Origin: Pecten maximus
Taxonomy: Eukaryota
Reading direction: 5' to 3'
NCBI RefSeq assembly: GCF_902652985.1
Contig: NC_047018.1
Coordinates: forward strand, 9,548,001 to 9,612,000
Length of the DNA stretch: 64,000 nt
Position 1 is the stretch's first letter. Each line of letters opens with the position of its first letter. The position numbers and the translations under genes were made by a program. Below, piece after piece: positions 38,701 to 53,700 of this stretch. The notes below the pieces were generated by a model, which searched no databases, was not told the origin of the DNA, and worked only from the letters and a program-made list of their open reading frames with translations.

Positions 38701-41700
38701 GTCATAATATTTTTTGAGGTAGGTAATATTGGAAACCCTCTAAACAAATACTATGATTCTTTACTCTGATGTCATAGTCCATTAATAATTCTGTAGTGCT
38801 CTATCGTATCGTTAGCATTGTTGTTTTTTGTATCACAGCACTTGTTTCAAGGTCATTATAATTTCTTTATATTGTATAATAAGTGTCAAAGTGTTGATAA
38901 CAGAGAAATGAGAGATTACTTGGTTGTAAGCAGGTTCCTTTACAATTGTAGTAGATTATTTCAGTTACCACAGGTTGTGTTTGTAGAATATTGCTTTTGA
39001 CCTTATACAATTGTGTTTCCCTAGCTATTGGACTTTGTGAGCATGAGCACGGCAAGTCGACAGTACGAACAGAGTAAAAGTGAGGGTGGCTGGCATAGAA
39101 TTGCCTGGGCTTTTCTCAAGGTATAAAAATGTCTATCAACAGTTATTGTTGGTGTATCAGCCATCAGTGATATATAACCATTTTGTTTTAATTATTAAAA
39201 TATTAGTAATGAAGACTTTCATATATGGCCAGAATACCATTATGATAATAGTTCAAAATGAAGTTTGACATTAAAATGAAGATTTTCAAAATTGTTTAGT
39301 TGATTAGGACTTATAAATTCTATTTTAAATCTGTTTGGAGATATAAAATGAAAATATCATTTGCTAGTCGTTAATTGCTCACTTGTATAACAGATGTACT
39401 GTAAAATCCTGCTTCACATGACAATAAATGTAGTATGTTGTTTAGACTGCTGACTTTTAAAATGTTTTATACAATCTAACAAATATTCTACTTTATCCTC
39501 CTTCCTGATTAGTTGAAAGGCGTCAACAACAAACTGAATGCAGGCTCCAAGGTTCGCCTCCAATTGTTTGAGCCTGTGTACAAATTCCGGGCTAAGCCTG
39601 GCCAAGTGGAGGTAAATTGTTTAGTTTGTATGTCCCTGTCATTGGAGGCATCATTGAGTATGAGCTTTTCTGATTCGTTCATGTGTCTTTATGTGTGTCT
39701 TTATGTGTGTCTGTACATGTGTCTGTACATGTGTCTATACATGTGCCTGTACATGTGTCTGTACATGTGTCTGTACATGTGTCTATACATGTGTTTGTAC
39801 ATATGTCTGTACGTGTATCTGTACATGTGTCTGTACATGTGTCTGTACATGTGTCTGTACCTGTGTTTGTACATGTGTCTGTACGTGTGTCTTTATGTAT
39901 GTCTGTACATGTGTCTGTACATGTATCTGTACATATGTACATGTGTCTGTACATGTGTCTGTACATATGTACATGTGTCTGTACATGTGTCTATACATGT
40001 GTCTGTACATGTGTCTGTACATGTGTCTGTATGTGTGTCTATACATGTGTCTGTACATGAGTCTATACGTGTGTCTGTACATGTGTACATGTGTCTGTAC
40101 ATGTGTCTGTACGTGTGTCTGTACATGTGTCTGTACATGTGTCTGTACGTGTGTCTGTACATGTGTACATGTGTCTGTACATGTGTACATGTGTCTGTAC
40201 GTGTGTCTGTACGTGTGTCTGTACGTGTGTCTGTACATGTGTCTGTACATGTGTCTGTACGTGTGTCTGTACATGTGTACATGTGTCTGTACATGTGTAC
40301 ATGTGTCTGTACATGTGTACATGTGTCTATACGTGTGTCTGTACGTGTGTCTGTACATGTGTCTGTACATGTGTCTGTACGTGTGTCTGTACATGTATCT
40401 ATACATGTGTCTGTACATGTGTCTATACATGTGTCTGTACATGTGTCTATACATGTGTCTGTACGTGTGTCTGTACGTGTGTCTGTACATGTGTCTGTAC
40501 ATGTGTACATGTGTCTGTACATGTGTCTACGTGTGTACATGTGTCTGTATGTGTGTCTATACATGTGTACATGTTTCTGTACATATGTACATGTGTCTGT
40601 ACATGTGTCTGTACATGTGTCTGTACGTGTGTCTGTACATGTATCTATACATGTGTCTGTACATGTGTCTATACGTGTGTCTGTACATGTGTCTGTACAT
40701 GTGTCTGTACATGTGTCTGTACCTGTGTTTGTACATGTGTTTGTACATGAGTCTATACGTGTGTCTGTACATGTGTACATGTGTCTGTACATGTGTTTGT
40801 ACATGTGTCTGTACATGTGTCTGTACATGTGTCTATACATGTGTCTGTACATGTGTCTGTACATGTGTGCTAACAGAATAAATGTACCTCAACAGATGTA
40901 ACACTAGATATTCCTTACCTAAGTTTGGGAACTTGGAGGTTTCTTGGAGATATATGATTATGGCTCAGTGAACATCAGCTTCCATATCTATGCCATTTTC
41001 GTCATGGCTGCGCTGAAGTCGTGAAGCAAGAGTGTTACTTTTCCAGGCATGATAGTGACATCATTATTGTCAAAAAAATCTTCAAAGTTTTATGTTTATA
41101 TACATTGTTCACTACAGAAAGTTTAAGTCCATCTTTAACCAAACTTGGTGTATAGTTGGTGACATAGTGGAAATCTCAATACACCCTTCATTTACAGCAT
41201 TATATATACTTGTATATATATATCTTCCATAGTCTCTGGAAGTTAAGGCTGCTGCGAGTCCGGACTGTAAAGTTTTGTGTTCAACACAGTTTCTCAAAAA
41301 GCATCTATGTTTTTCCAACCAAACCTGGAATGTTTTGTAGTTTGGACATCTCAACAAACTCTACAGATTACATGAATATTGTTGAATCTTTTACCAAAAA
41401 AAATTAGATTTTGGGAAATGATTTAAAAGTCATAACAGTTTCTCTAATAGAATTGCAAATTTGTTTATAATCAAATTTGAATAAATTGTAGAAGGTATAG
41501 GATGAATTTTCTCCTCTCTTTCCATATTTATGTGAATTTTGAGAATTAGTGATTTTGCAAAATTTTATATTTGTATTGCAATGCAGCATTATTACACCTG
41601 TCTGTAACATGAACAGGTTGCTTCCATACTACCATGTGAAGGTTTATTTGGTTCTTTTAGGGAAAAAACTGTCGTGAATAATGAAGTTAATTTGCTTTAA

Positions 41701-44700
41701 GCTTACTATGCTGAAAAAGTGGGACAGACAAAATAGTTAATTGCCATTAATTCTTGTCTAACTACAGGGTTTTTTTACGGACAGGAATGTATGGATAATC
41801 ATTCTCACTACAATTTGGCCTCTTTGTATAATGTATTTGTTTTCTACTAGTTGTGGCAGTGGTGGCAGACTCAGGGCCGACGTCCATATCCTTCTACTCT
41901 TTATGTGACCCTGAAGGGCATCACACCACCTGATGTCGTGGAACCAGCCATGCGGTCCATGTTCGCCACTCAAAAGGTAACTGATAAAGTAGACTGCCTA
42001 TCCATTCAATGCTGTATTCATCTGTGGTTAATAGTTAACAATAATTGCAAAAAAAAACCACCTGATATTTGTATTATGTGCATACATTCCATACTTTTTG
42101 GAGACCCAACAAGGGAGATCGGTGACTATTTTAAGGGAGTTTTGCCTAAAATTAGGGAGATTTGTGTGTGACATGAATATGAACATTTTTTTCTCAATTT
42201 TAGAGCAAGGAATTCATTTTGAAAGCTTTAAAATAAAGAATATTGATGTTTTTGATGATGTAAATCATAATATTTGAAAAATTGCAATAAGAATACATTC
42301 TAATAATATAAAATTATCATTATTATTATTTTTTAATGTAACACATCACGTCAGGTGGTATGGCATGTATGTATGTGACAGAGGGTTAACTTATCGTTGA
42401 ATTGTGTGACAGATTGTTAAGTGACTGTTACATTGTTTGACAGAGGGTTAACTTATTGTTGAATTGTGTGACATATTGTTAACTGACTGTTATATTATGT
42501 GACGGAGGGTTAACTTATTGTTGAATTGTGTGACAGAGGGTTAACTTATTGTTACATTGTGTGACAGAGGGTTAACTTATTGTTACATTGTGTGACAGAG
42601 GGTTAACTGACTGTTACATTGTGTGACAGAGGGTTAAATGACTGTTATATTATGTGACAGAGGGTTAACTGATTGTTACATTGTGTGACAGAGGGTTAAC
42701 TTATTGTTGAATTGTGTGACGGAGGGTTAACTGACTGTTACATTGTGTGACGGAGGGTTAACTTATTGTTACATTGTGTGACAGGGGGTTAACTTATTGT
42801 TACATTGTGTGACGGAGGGTTAACTGACTGTTAAATTGTGTGACAGAGGGTTAACTTATTGTTACATTGTGTGACGGAGGGTTAACTGACTATTAAATTG
42901 TGTGACAGAGGGTTAACTTATTGTTGAATTGTGTGACGGAGGGTTGACTGACTGCTACATTATGTGACGGAGGGTTAACTTATTGTTGAATTGTGTGACA
43001 GAGGGTTAACTGACTGCTACATTATGTGACAGAGGGTTAACTTATTGTTAAATTGTGTGACAGAGGGTTAACTTATTGTTAAATTGTGTGACAGGGTTAA
43101 CTTATTGTTGAATTGTGTGACAGAGGGTTAACTTATTGTTGAATTGTGTGACAGAGGGTTAACTTATTGTTACATTGTGTGAGAGGGGGTTAACTTATTG
43201 TTACATTGTGTGACGGAGGGTTAACTGACTGTTAAATTGTGTGACAGAGGGTTAACTTATTGTTACATTGTGTGACGGAGGGTTAACTGACTATTAAATT
43301 GTGTGACAGAGGGTTAACTTATTGTTGAATTGTGTGACGGAGGGTTGACTGACTGCTACATTATGTGACGGAGGGTTAACTTATTGTTGAATTGTGTGAC
43401 AGAGGGTTAACTGACTGCTACATTATGTGACAGAGGGTTAACTTATTGTTAAATTGTGTGACAGAGGGTTAACTGACTGTTACATTGTGTGACAGAGGGT
43501 TAACTTATTGTTGAATTGTGTGACAGAGGATTGACTGACTGCTACATTATGTGATGGAGGGTTAACTTATTGTTGAATTGTGTGACAGAGGGTTGACTGA
43601 CTGCTACATTATGTGACGGAGGGTTAACTTATTGTTAAATTGTGTGACAGAGGGTTAACTGTTGTATATTTTTTACTTTGTATAGAAGTGACATAAAACA
43701 TGGCATACTCAAAAATTATTGGCTTTAACTCATGTTCTGCAATCATCTTGTGATGTAGGAAGTGGGAAGCAAGACATACGCAGATCTTAAGAAGAGTACT
43801 AACTGGTCCGATGCTAGGTAAGTCCATGTTTACTTTGTTGTTAGAGACCCGTACAGTGTATATTATATATATATACAGAAATCTATCTTACTGTTATATG
43901 TTCTAGGGGTAGTTATCCAAGAGTTAGTGTTTAACTGTCCATCAGGCAATCTGTCCACACTTTCATTTTCAGAGGTTATTTCAGAATCCAGAGTCTAAAA
44001 TTCCTGAAATTTCACATGATTATACACAATAAGAAGAGTGATTTAATTTAATTTCAATGTCACAGTTATTGTTTTAAAAAACAAATGTGATCAGGATATT
44101 TACTGGGGTATTGGAAAAATATGCACACATACAGCTCTTGCTGACCGGTTATTGTTCTACTCACACAAAAATTTGTCTGATTTTTTTTTTTTTATAATTT
44201 TCAGTGTTATTTTTATGACTTCTGATAGTTACACATGGATTTAGATCTTTTTATTTTGTATTCCATTTTTGTGTGTACCATAAGACAACTGGTTGAGGTA
44301 AAAGCTTGAATTCCATTTTTGTGTGTACCATAAGACAATATGGTCGAGGTAAAAGCTTGAATTCCATTTTTGTGTGTACCATAAGACAATATGGTCGAGG
44401 TAAAAGCTTGAATTCCATTTTTGTGTGTACCATAAGACAATATGGTCAAGGTAAAAGCTTGAATTACAATTTCTCACTATCACTGCACTGTTGATGGTAT
44501 ATGCTGAATGTACTCTGCTTTTTATTTCCTCAGGAGAAAGAGGTAGGTTTTCATCCTACATGTGATTATGACATGTTCCTTTCCCTGCATATATAATCAT
44601 TTCAGACTTTTGTAGTGGAATGTTGCTAGTGCTAGACCTCAGAGAATAGCCATATTATTGATCAGTTTTTCCTGTTGAAGTTAAAAATGATACTGATAGG

Positions 44701-47700
44701 CACCAAAGTGTGAATCCCATTTTGTGTCTCACAGGTAACAAAAACCAATACCAAGTTAACCTTTTTAACGTTTTTTTTCACCAGTGAAGATTTGAAATGT
44801 CACACTTGAGCACATTCCTGACTGCCATCCCTAAATAAACTGTGATATAGTTTACCACCGGTATATACTGTAAATGTCTTTATTGTTGTACTATGTTCAT
44901 CTTAATTTTTACGAGTCATCATACACCATGCATTATATCAGAAGAAATTATAGTCTGACATCAGACTGGTTAAATTACATGTATTACTGCCAAAGAAACA
45001 TTATCCTTTTTGCGGTGGTGTAAAGGATTTCCCTTTTTTCCTGACAGCTGATGCTGCTGAATTATAATTGCACTACTTGCTGTAGGTATTGTCCATGCTC
45101 CAATTCTTCATTGCGCTAATCTATTTAAATTTGGCTGTTTGCTAAAGTTTGATTGAGTATGTTTACAGTATAATGATTTGGATTGAGTAAAACTTTCAGT
45201 ATATTTTAAGTCCAGCATACCATCTTTGTCAGTACCCAGTAAACTATTAATACAACAAACTAGATAGTTTCAGTAAAACAACACAAATTTCATGCTCACA
45301 AAAATAAAGACATTTACAGTAAAACAAATTTAGTGAATTCAACTCCAGAGCTCTTTTCTACTACATGTACTTGCTATTTTTTTATGATAGTGCCTTTCTT
45401 GTCTATCAACCTTTAACGATAATATAACAACTATAATATTGTTCATTTTAATTATCATATGACAGTACGTGTACAGGTTTATCATTTTAATGTCAATTCT
45501 TCTGTTTAGTGTTATATATTATATGACAGTACATGTATATGATTTAATGCCAATTCTTGTGTTTAGAAACTGTAGACTGGTGTTAGAGAATATTGTAGTG
45601 ACAGGTAGTTTGTTACTGAATCATAAAGTACATAGATACAGTGTTGATGCTGTTGTTACTATTGCTGACAGTTTGTTTCTATGTAGAAGTTATATAGACC
45701 TATTACTGTATGGTATTACAAATGATGACACATTTCTATGTAGAAGTTATGTAGACCTATTACTGTATGGTATTACAAATGATGACACATTTCTATGTAG
45801 AAGTTATATAGACCTATTACTGTATGGTATTACAAGTGATGACACATTTCTATGTAGAAGTTATATAGACCTATTACTGTATGGTATTACAAATGATCAC
45901 ACATTTCTATGTAGAAGTTATATAGACCTATTATAATTACTGTATGGTATTACAAATGATGACACATTTCTATGTAGAAGTTATATAGACCTATTACTTT
46001 ATGGTATTACAAATGATCACCCAACAAAACACAGCTGCTATCTTGATATTTTATTACTACTTGCTTTCAGAAAAAAACTATTTATTAAACATTTTTTATA
46101 AATGTTTAGTTTTCAAGCTCATTTTAGTTAGTTTTTTTTAGCAATTCCTAAATAGCTTTCTACTGGAGTGACACCAAAACATAGTAGGCTATAGCTAGGT
46201 ACACTGTTGGAATCTTTAAATCAGATGTTTTAATACTATCTCAACATACACTTTTTCTCTCAAATACAGGTAGCACTGATTAGTAAATCTGTCTGTTTGT
46301 GTCCATCCGTCTGTCCACAAATTCTACTTCTGGCTATAATTTACGCATTTATAGACCGATTTACATGAAACATGGTCAAGATTTTAAATTCACAAAAATG
46401 TACTCTCAAGTAAAACGTCCCAAGTCAAATGTCAAGGTCATCAGGTTTAAAGGCCAAATTTTGCAACTTCTCACTGATGAACATTTTGTTATGACATGAT
46501 GAACCAAAGCTATTCAGAATTAAACAAGAGGTATACTGACCAAAGGTCAAGGTTATTTAGTCAGAGATCACAATCACTGAGCTAAAAGTCAAGGTCAAAT
46601 TTTGTAGATTTTCACTAATGGCTGTGACACTATGTAGAATTGTTGCTTGGATTTTAACAAGGGATCAACTGATCAAATGTCAAGGTCACATGGTCAAAGG
46701 TCTACCTTACAGGGTCAAAGGTCAAGGACATCTTTGTATTGTATTGAACACTTAATATCAAGGTCACTGGGTCAAAGATCAAAGTCATGTTTTATCTTTT
46801 TACTGATGAACATTTTTGTTATGACACTATGAAACCATGTTGGTTGGATTTTAACAGGAGTGAACTGATGACAGGTCAAGGTCACCAGGAGCAAATGTCA
46901 AGGTCAAGTTTTGTATTTTTTCATTGACAAACATTTTGTTATGACATGATGAAGGAAAGATGTTCATAATTAAACAAGAAATCAACTGGCCAAAGGTCAA
47001 GGTCACAGGGACAAGAGTTTCAAGGTCAAGGTCAATCAAAGGTCAAAGTCACTGGGTTAAAAGCCAGATTTGTATCTTTTCCCTGATGAGCTTTTATTAT
47101 GACACTTTTGAAGCAATGTTGGTCAGACTTAAACAAAGAGTCAACTGACCAAATGTTAAGGTCTCTTAATCAAGGGTCATGACAAAGTTTTGCATCCTTT
47201 CATTGATGAACATTAGTCAGAAATAAGAAATGAATCAACTAATTTGATATTAAGGTAATTTAGTCAATGTCTTGGTCAGATTTTGTATCTTTTAGTGATG
47301 GTCAGAAATAAACGAGTAAACTGACCAAAGGTCAAGGTCATGGGTCTGAATGGTCAAGGTCAGTGTCAGGTTTAGTATTTTTCACTAATGAACATTTTAT
47401 TTTGTAATGCCACTTTGAGGCTAAATAGTCTGTGTTAAGGATAAGTCAACTGACCAAAGATCTAGCTTTACGGCAAAGGTCTTCTTTATAACTATGGGGG
47501 ATATAACGATGTCAATTTCTTTTTCTTAAAGGCTTGAAGTCGTGATGTAGAGCTCTGTTTAAGATAGTGACATACTAGTAATATAGATTTTAAGGTATAT
47601 CATGTTGTAAAAAGTGTATACTTTTTGTGTTTTCCAAATTTGAGTTCTCCAACCTTTTTTTACTAGAATAAACAGAGAATTTGGCTGGGACTGACGAAGT

Positions 47701-50700
47701 AAGAGTTAAGCGGGGTATTCAAGTTTTCCCAGTTAGAGTTTAACAAATTCTACTGTATATTGTTTTTGTATGGCTATCATGTTATAAAAAGTGTAGATTT
47801 GTATCTTTGTATGGTATCATGTTATAAAAAGTGTAGATTTGTATCTTTGTATGGTATCATGTTATAAAAAGTGTAGATTTTTGACAGTGTATCATGTTAT
47901 TAAAAGTGTAGATTTTTCTTTGTATGGTATTATGTTATAAAAAGTGTAGATTTTTGACAGTGTATCATGTTATAAAAAGTGTAGATTTTTGACAGTGTAT
48001 CATGTTAAAAAATGTGTAGATTTTTGACAGTGTATCATGTTATAAAAAGTGTAGATTTTTGACAGTGTATCATGTTATAAAAAGTGTAGATTTGTATCTT
48101 TGTATGGTATTATTTTATAAAAAATGTAGATTTTTGACAGTGTATCATGTTATAAAAAGTGTAGATTTTTGACAGTGTATCATGTTAAAAAATGTGTAGA
48201 TTTTTGACAGTGTATCATGTTATAAAAAGTGTAGATTTTTGACAGTGTATCATGTTATAAAAAGTGTAGATTTGTATCTTTGTATGGTATTATTTTATAA
48301 AAAATGTAGATTTTTGACAGTGTATCATGTTATAAAAAGTGTAGATTTGTATCTTTGTATGGTATTATGTTATAAAAAGTGTAGATTTTTGACAGTGTAT
48401 CATGTTATATAAAGTGTAGATTTTTGACAGTGTATCGTGTTATAAAAAGTGTAGATTTTTGACAGTGTATCATGTTATATAAAGTGTAAATTTTTGACAG
48501 TGTATCATGTTATATAAAGTGTAGATTCCTATCTTTGTATGATATCATGAAGAGGTGTTACCTTGAACATGCATGTTGTTCCTATTGTTTATCTGTATGC
48601 ATGAAGCATGATGCTTTATAATTATGGAGCAGTAAAACCTCAATGATCATGTATCATATTCAATATACATCAAATATCTGAGCAAGAACTGTTAGATCAT
48701 GAAAATCATGAAAGTCAGGAATACTACTGCATGAGCTAGTCCTAGGCTATAGATGCGCCCCATAATCTGGCCTTAGGCCATGTGACCTATAAATCTGGCC
48801 TAAGGTGATGTGACCTATAAATTTGGCCTTAGGCCATGTGACCTATAAATATGGCCTTAGGCCATGTGACCTATAAATCTGGCCTTAGGCCATATGACCT
48901 ATAAATCTGGCCTTAGGCCATATGACCTATAAATCTGGCCTTAGGCCATGTGACCTATAAATCTGGCCTAAGGCCATGTGACCTATAAATCTGGCCTTAG
49001 GCCATGTGACCTATAAATATGGCCTTAGGCCATGTGACCTATAAATATGGCCTTAGGCCATGTGACCTATAAATCTGGCCTTAGGCCATATGACCTATAA
49101 ATCTGGCCTAAGGCCATATGACCAATAAATCTGGCCTTAGGCCATGTGACCTATAAATATGGCCTTAGGCCATGTGACCTATAAATATGGCCTTAGGCCA
49201 TGTGACCTATAAATCTGGCCTAAGGCCATATGACCAATAAATCTGGCCTTAGGCCATGTGACCTATAAATCTGGCCTTAGGCCATGTGACCTATAAATCT
49301 GGCCTTAGGCCATGTGACCTATAAATCTGGCCTAAGGTCATGTGACCTATAAATCTGGCCTTAGGCCATGTGACCTATAAATCTGGCCTAAGGCCATGTG
49401 ACCTATAAATCTAAAATTGACATCTTTAGTGTTCCATTTTCTTTACACATATATACGTAATGAGTAACCTTTAAAGAGATTTTGTTCCTAGGGAAGAGTG
49501 TTGCTTAGGTTAAGCCATAAATTCAACAATGTTATCTTTTTTTCAAGTTTGGGCGATATCAATAAAGAAGTCATGCCTATTGAAATGATTTTAATATATA
49601 CAGTTAGTAATACAATCACTACACAATTAAAATTTTAATATTTTGTTGAGAATTAGTGAATTTGTGTAAATATAAGATTTTAATAATGATGTTGTTTTCC
49701 TAGAGACAACCCTTTTAGAATGTACTTTAAAATCATTTGTATTAATAATTAAATGGAATCATGGATTCATGGAGAACATAGGCAAAAATGGCAAGGTACT
49801 TGTAATTGATATGAAAATGTTTTTTTTTAATTATAAACAGAGAAATAGAAAAAAGGACACTTTCATCATGGACAAGGTTGGTTGGACAGATGTGTCGAAT
49901 CCCGAACAGGATGAAGTTAACACTACAGGCTGGTAGGAAGGGATGTTATGTGGTGAAATTCTCACATGATGGAAGGTTAGTATAGAGGTGATTGTACCTT
50001 TATGTCTGTCAGAAATCCTGATATAAAAATGTAATACCAAATTGATTGAATTATAGAGTTGGGTGCTGTTCCCTTTCTGTATTTTGTTTTTGTCTATTCT
50101 GGCTTTTCCCTTCTGGTTTCCCACACTTTCCACTCCCCTAGAAGAACAAATCAACTGTGTGATGAAGGCTGATATTCATGATTTAGGATATTCTGTATCT
50201 GTTACTAAACTCATACATAAAAGGACTGTTCACCTTATATGTTTTGTACACTAATTCAGAGTGGTAAGTACTATATACCGAGGTTTACAGTAGACTGAAC
50301 ACTGTACATGTACTCTAATTCAGTGTGGTAAGTACTATATACCGAGGTTTACAGTAGACTGAACACTGTACATGTACTCTAATTCAGTGTGGTAAGTACT
50401 ATATACCGAGGTTTACAGTCAACTGAACACTGTACATGTACACTAATTCAGTGTGGTAGGTACTATATACCGAGGTTTACAGTAGACTGAACACTGTACG
50501 TGTACTCTAATTCAGTGTGGTAAGTACTATATTCCGAGGTTTACAGTCAACTGAACACTGTACATGGACTCTAATTCAGTGTGGTAAGTACTATTCACCG
50601 AGGTTTAATTCAGTGTGGTAAGTACTATATACCAAGGTTTACAGTAGACTGAACACTGTACGTGTACTCTAATTCAGTGTGGTAAGTACTATATACCGAG

Positions 50701-53700
50701 GTTTACAGTAAACTGAACACTGTATATGTACTCTAATTCAGAGTGGTAGGTACTATATACCGAGGTTTACAGTCAACTGAACACTCTACATGGACTCTAA
50801 TTCAGTGTGGTAAGTACTATTCACCGAGGTTTACAGTCAACTGAACACTGTATATGTACTCTAATTCAGTGTGGTAAGTACTATATACCGAGGTTTACAG
50901 TCAACTGAACACTGTACATGTACTCTAATTCAGTGTGGAAAGTACTATATACCGAGGTTTACAGTCAACTGAACACTGTACATGTACACTAATTCAGTGT
51001 GGTAAGTACTATATACCGAGGTTTACAGTAGACTGAACACTGTATATGGACTCTAATTCAGTGTGGTAAGTACTATATACCGAGGTTTACAGTAAACTGA
51101 ACACTGTACATGTACACTAATTCAGTGTGGTAAGTACTATATACCAAGGTTTACAGTAAACTGAACACTGTACATGTACTCTAATTCAGTGTGGTAAGTA
51201 CTATATACCGAGGTTTACAGTCAACTGAACACTGTACATGTACTCTAATTCAGTGTGGTAAGTACTATATACCGAGGTTTACAGTTAACTCACAAGTACC
51301 TAACAAGTATTTATGTGGTTAGTATATCATAAGATAATACTTCAAGGTTTCTTTCAGGACAAATTCTGAATGTTTACGTCTTTACATTATGATAGACTTT
51401 GTATGTTTTTTTGTATTTCAGAAGTTTAGCATGTGCTTGTCATGACAGGGAGAACTATCCAATTCTAGTCTATGAGGTTTGTATACTTTTACTGGTGATT
51501 AATTTCAATTGGAAAACATCAGAGCATCTATTACCTGGTAGTGACATAAACAAAAAGTAAACCTTAAACTGAATGTTTCTATACTGGGTAGTTAGATGTA
51601 TATGTCTGAAAGCCACAAACATGGTTTAAAACAAATACATGTATTGGATGTTATAGCCCCCATCTTAATTATCATTTCAGATCCCATCTGGTCAGCTACT
51701 CGGCAAGTTTAGGGGTCATTTTGGCATTGTTTATGACCTTTCTTGGTCTAAGAAGGATGACTACATATGTTCGGCATCATCAGATGGTACTGTCAGGTGG
51801 GTAGTGTAATTAGATGATTATTTAAAAGGTGATACACGTCAGGTGACATACAACAGGTTACACAAGGCAGGTGACATACAACAGGTGACACACGACAGGT
51901 GACATACTACAGGTGACACACGACAGGTGACGTACAACAGGTGACACACGACAGGTGACATACTACAGGTGACACACATTAGGTGACATACTACAGGTGA
52001 TACACGACAGGTGACATACAACAGGTGACACACGACAGGTGACATACAACAGGTGACACACGACAGGTGACGTACTACAGGTGACACACGACAGGTGACG
52101 TACAACAGGTGACACGCGTCAGGTGACATACAACAGGTAACACACGACAGGTGACATACAACAGGTGACATACAACAGGTTACACACATCAGGTGACATA
52201 CAACAGGTGACATGTCAGGTGACATACAACAGGTGACACACGACAGGTGACATACAATAGGTGACACACATTAGGTGACATACTACAGGTAACACACATC
52301 AGGTGACGTACAACAGGTGACACGCGTCAGGTGACATACAACAGGTGACACACGACAGGTGACATACAACAGGTGACACACATTAGGTGACATACAACAG
52401 GTGACATACAACAGGTGACACACATCAGGTGACATACAACAGGTGACGCACGTCAGGTGACATACAACAGGTGACACATGGCAGGTGACACATGTCAGGT
52501 GACATAAAACAGGTGACACACGTCAGGTGACATACAACAGGTGACACACGTCAGGTGACACACGTCAGGTGACACACGTCAGGTGACATACAACAGGTGA
52601 CACACGTCAGGTGACATACAACAGGTGACATACAACAGGTGACATACTACCATTTTTGGTTATGATAGCATTAATAGGTCCTTCATTTGTGGACATCAGA
52701 CTGGTGTAGTACTATACTCAAAATATAAGCAACAATAGAATTTTTTAAAAGACGACAGGCGCCATGGATCAAGGAACAAGTGAGAGAAAGAAGGGAGACA
52801 ACTTCTTAATATTTATATGTTTTTAAAGGGGGAGTTATCTCCCTTCAACCAAAATGGTTATTATTCTAACACAAGTGTAGATGTGATTAGCTGACATTAA
52901 CTCCTGTCTTTGTGTAAAATAAGTGTGTCTGTGTGAGCATACTTACAAGGTTGGTACAGTTTCTCTGTATACCTAGCTTTGTATGGACCAAATAAAATTT
53001 CTATCTGTGTTAATTAGGGCTTTGGATCAATTCTAGAACAATTTTTGAAAAAGAAACACATCATCAAAAACATTTTCTCATGCTATTTTTAATCTAGTTT
53101 CAACTGACTTGGAATAAAAGGTCAAAGTTACAGTAATAGCAAATTTTGAAATATTTTTGAGTAAATTTTTTTCCTATGAGCATAAAAAGCACATGATTAT
53201 TTGATGTGACTTTAAACAAACATTGAAGAGATGGTCATAAGGAATAGCATGGATAAAAGTTTTCAGTGTTGATACTGAATTTATTATTTTGGAAATATAT
53301 TCCCACTTATATGTCCATGTAAAATTTTGACAAAAACAGCTTTTTCTGCATTTCAAATATCAAGGGCACTTTCACTTTTAAAAAAGCAGTTTATTTGAAC
53401 TTCTCTCTGTTTTGTCTATCAGGGTGTGGAATCTGGAGAACTTTGATACCTCAGAAAAGTTACTACCTCACCCAGGCTTTGTGTACACAGCACAGTTCCA
53501 TCCTCGTGTGGATAACATCATTACCACAGGTGGCTACGACCAGGTAGTGCGGATCTGGGATGTGGACGTGGACAGTGTCCATGGACAGGTAGGTCTCATT
53601 TTAATTGTGTTTGGCCAATACACATCTTTTGTATCTTAATACAATAAGACTTTTCACTATCGGGTTAAAGGTCAAAACTATCCTGGACTATTTACTTGAT

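Noticed and set aside
39513-40901. 462-aa ORF and overlapping Cys/His/Tyr-rich ORFs
   Set aside because: Only 39513-39611 is an AHI1 exon; the rest is a 12-bp minisatellite open in many frames on both strands.
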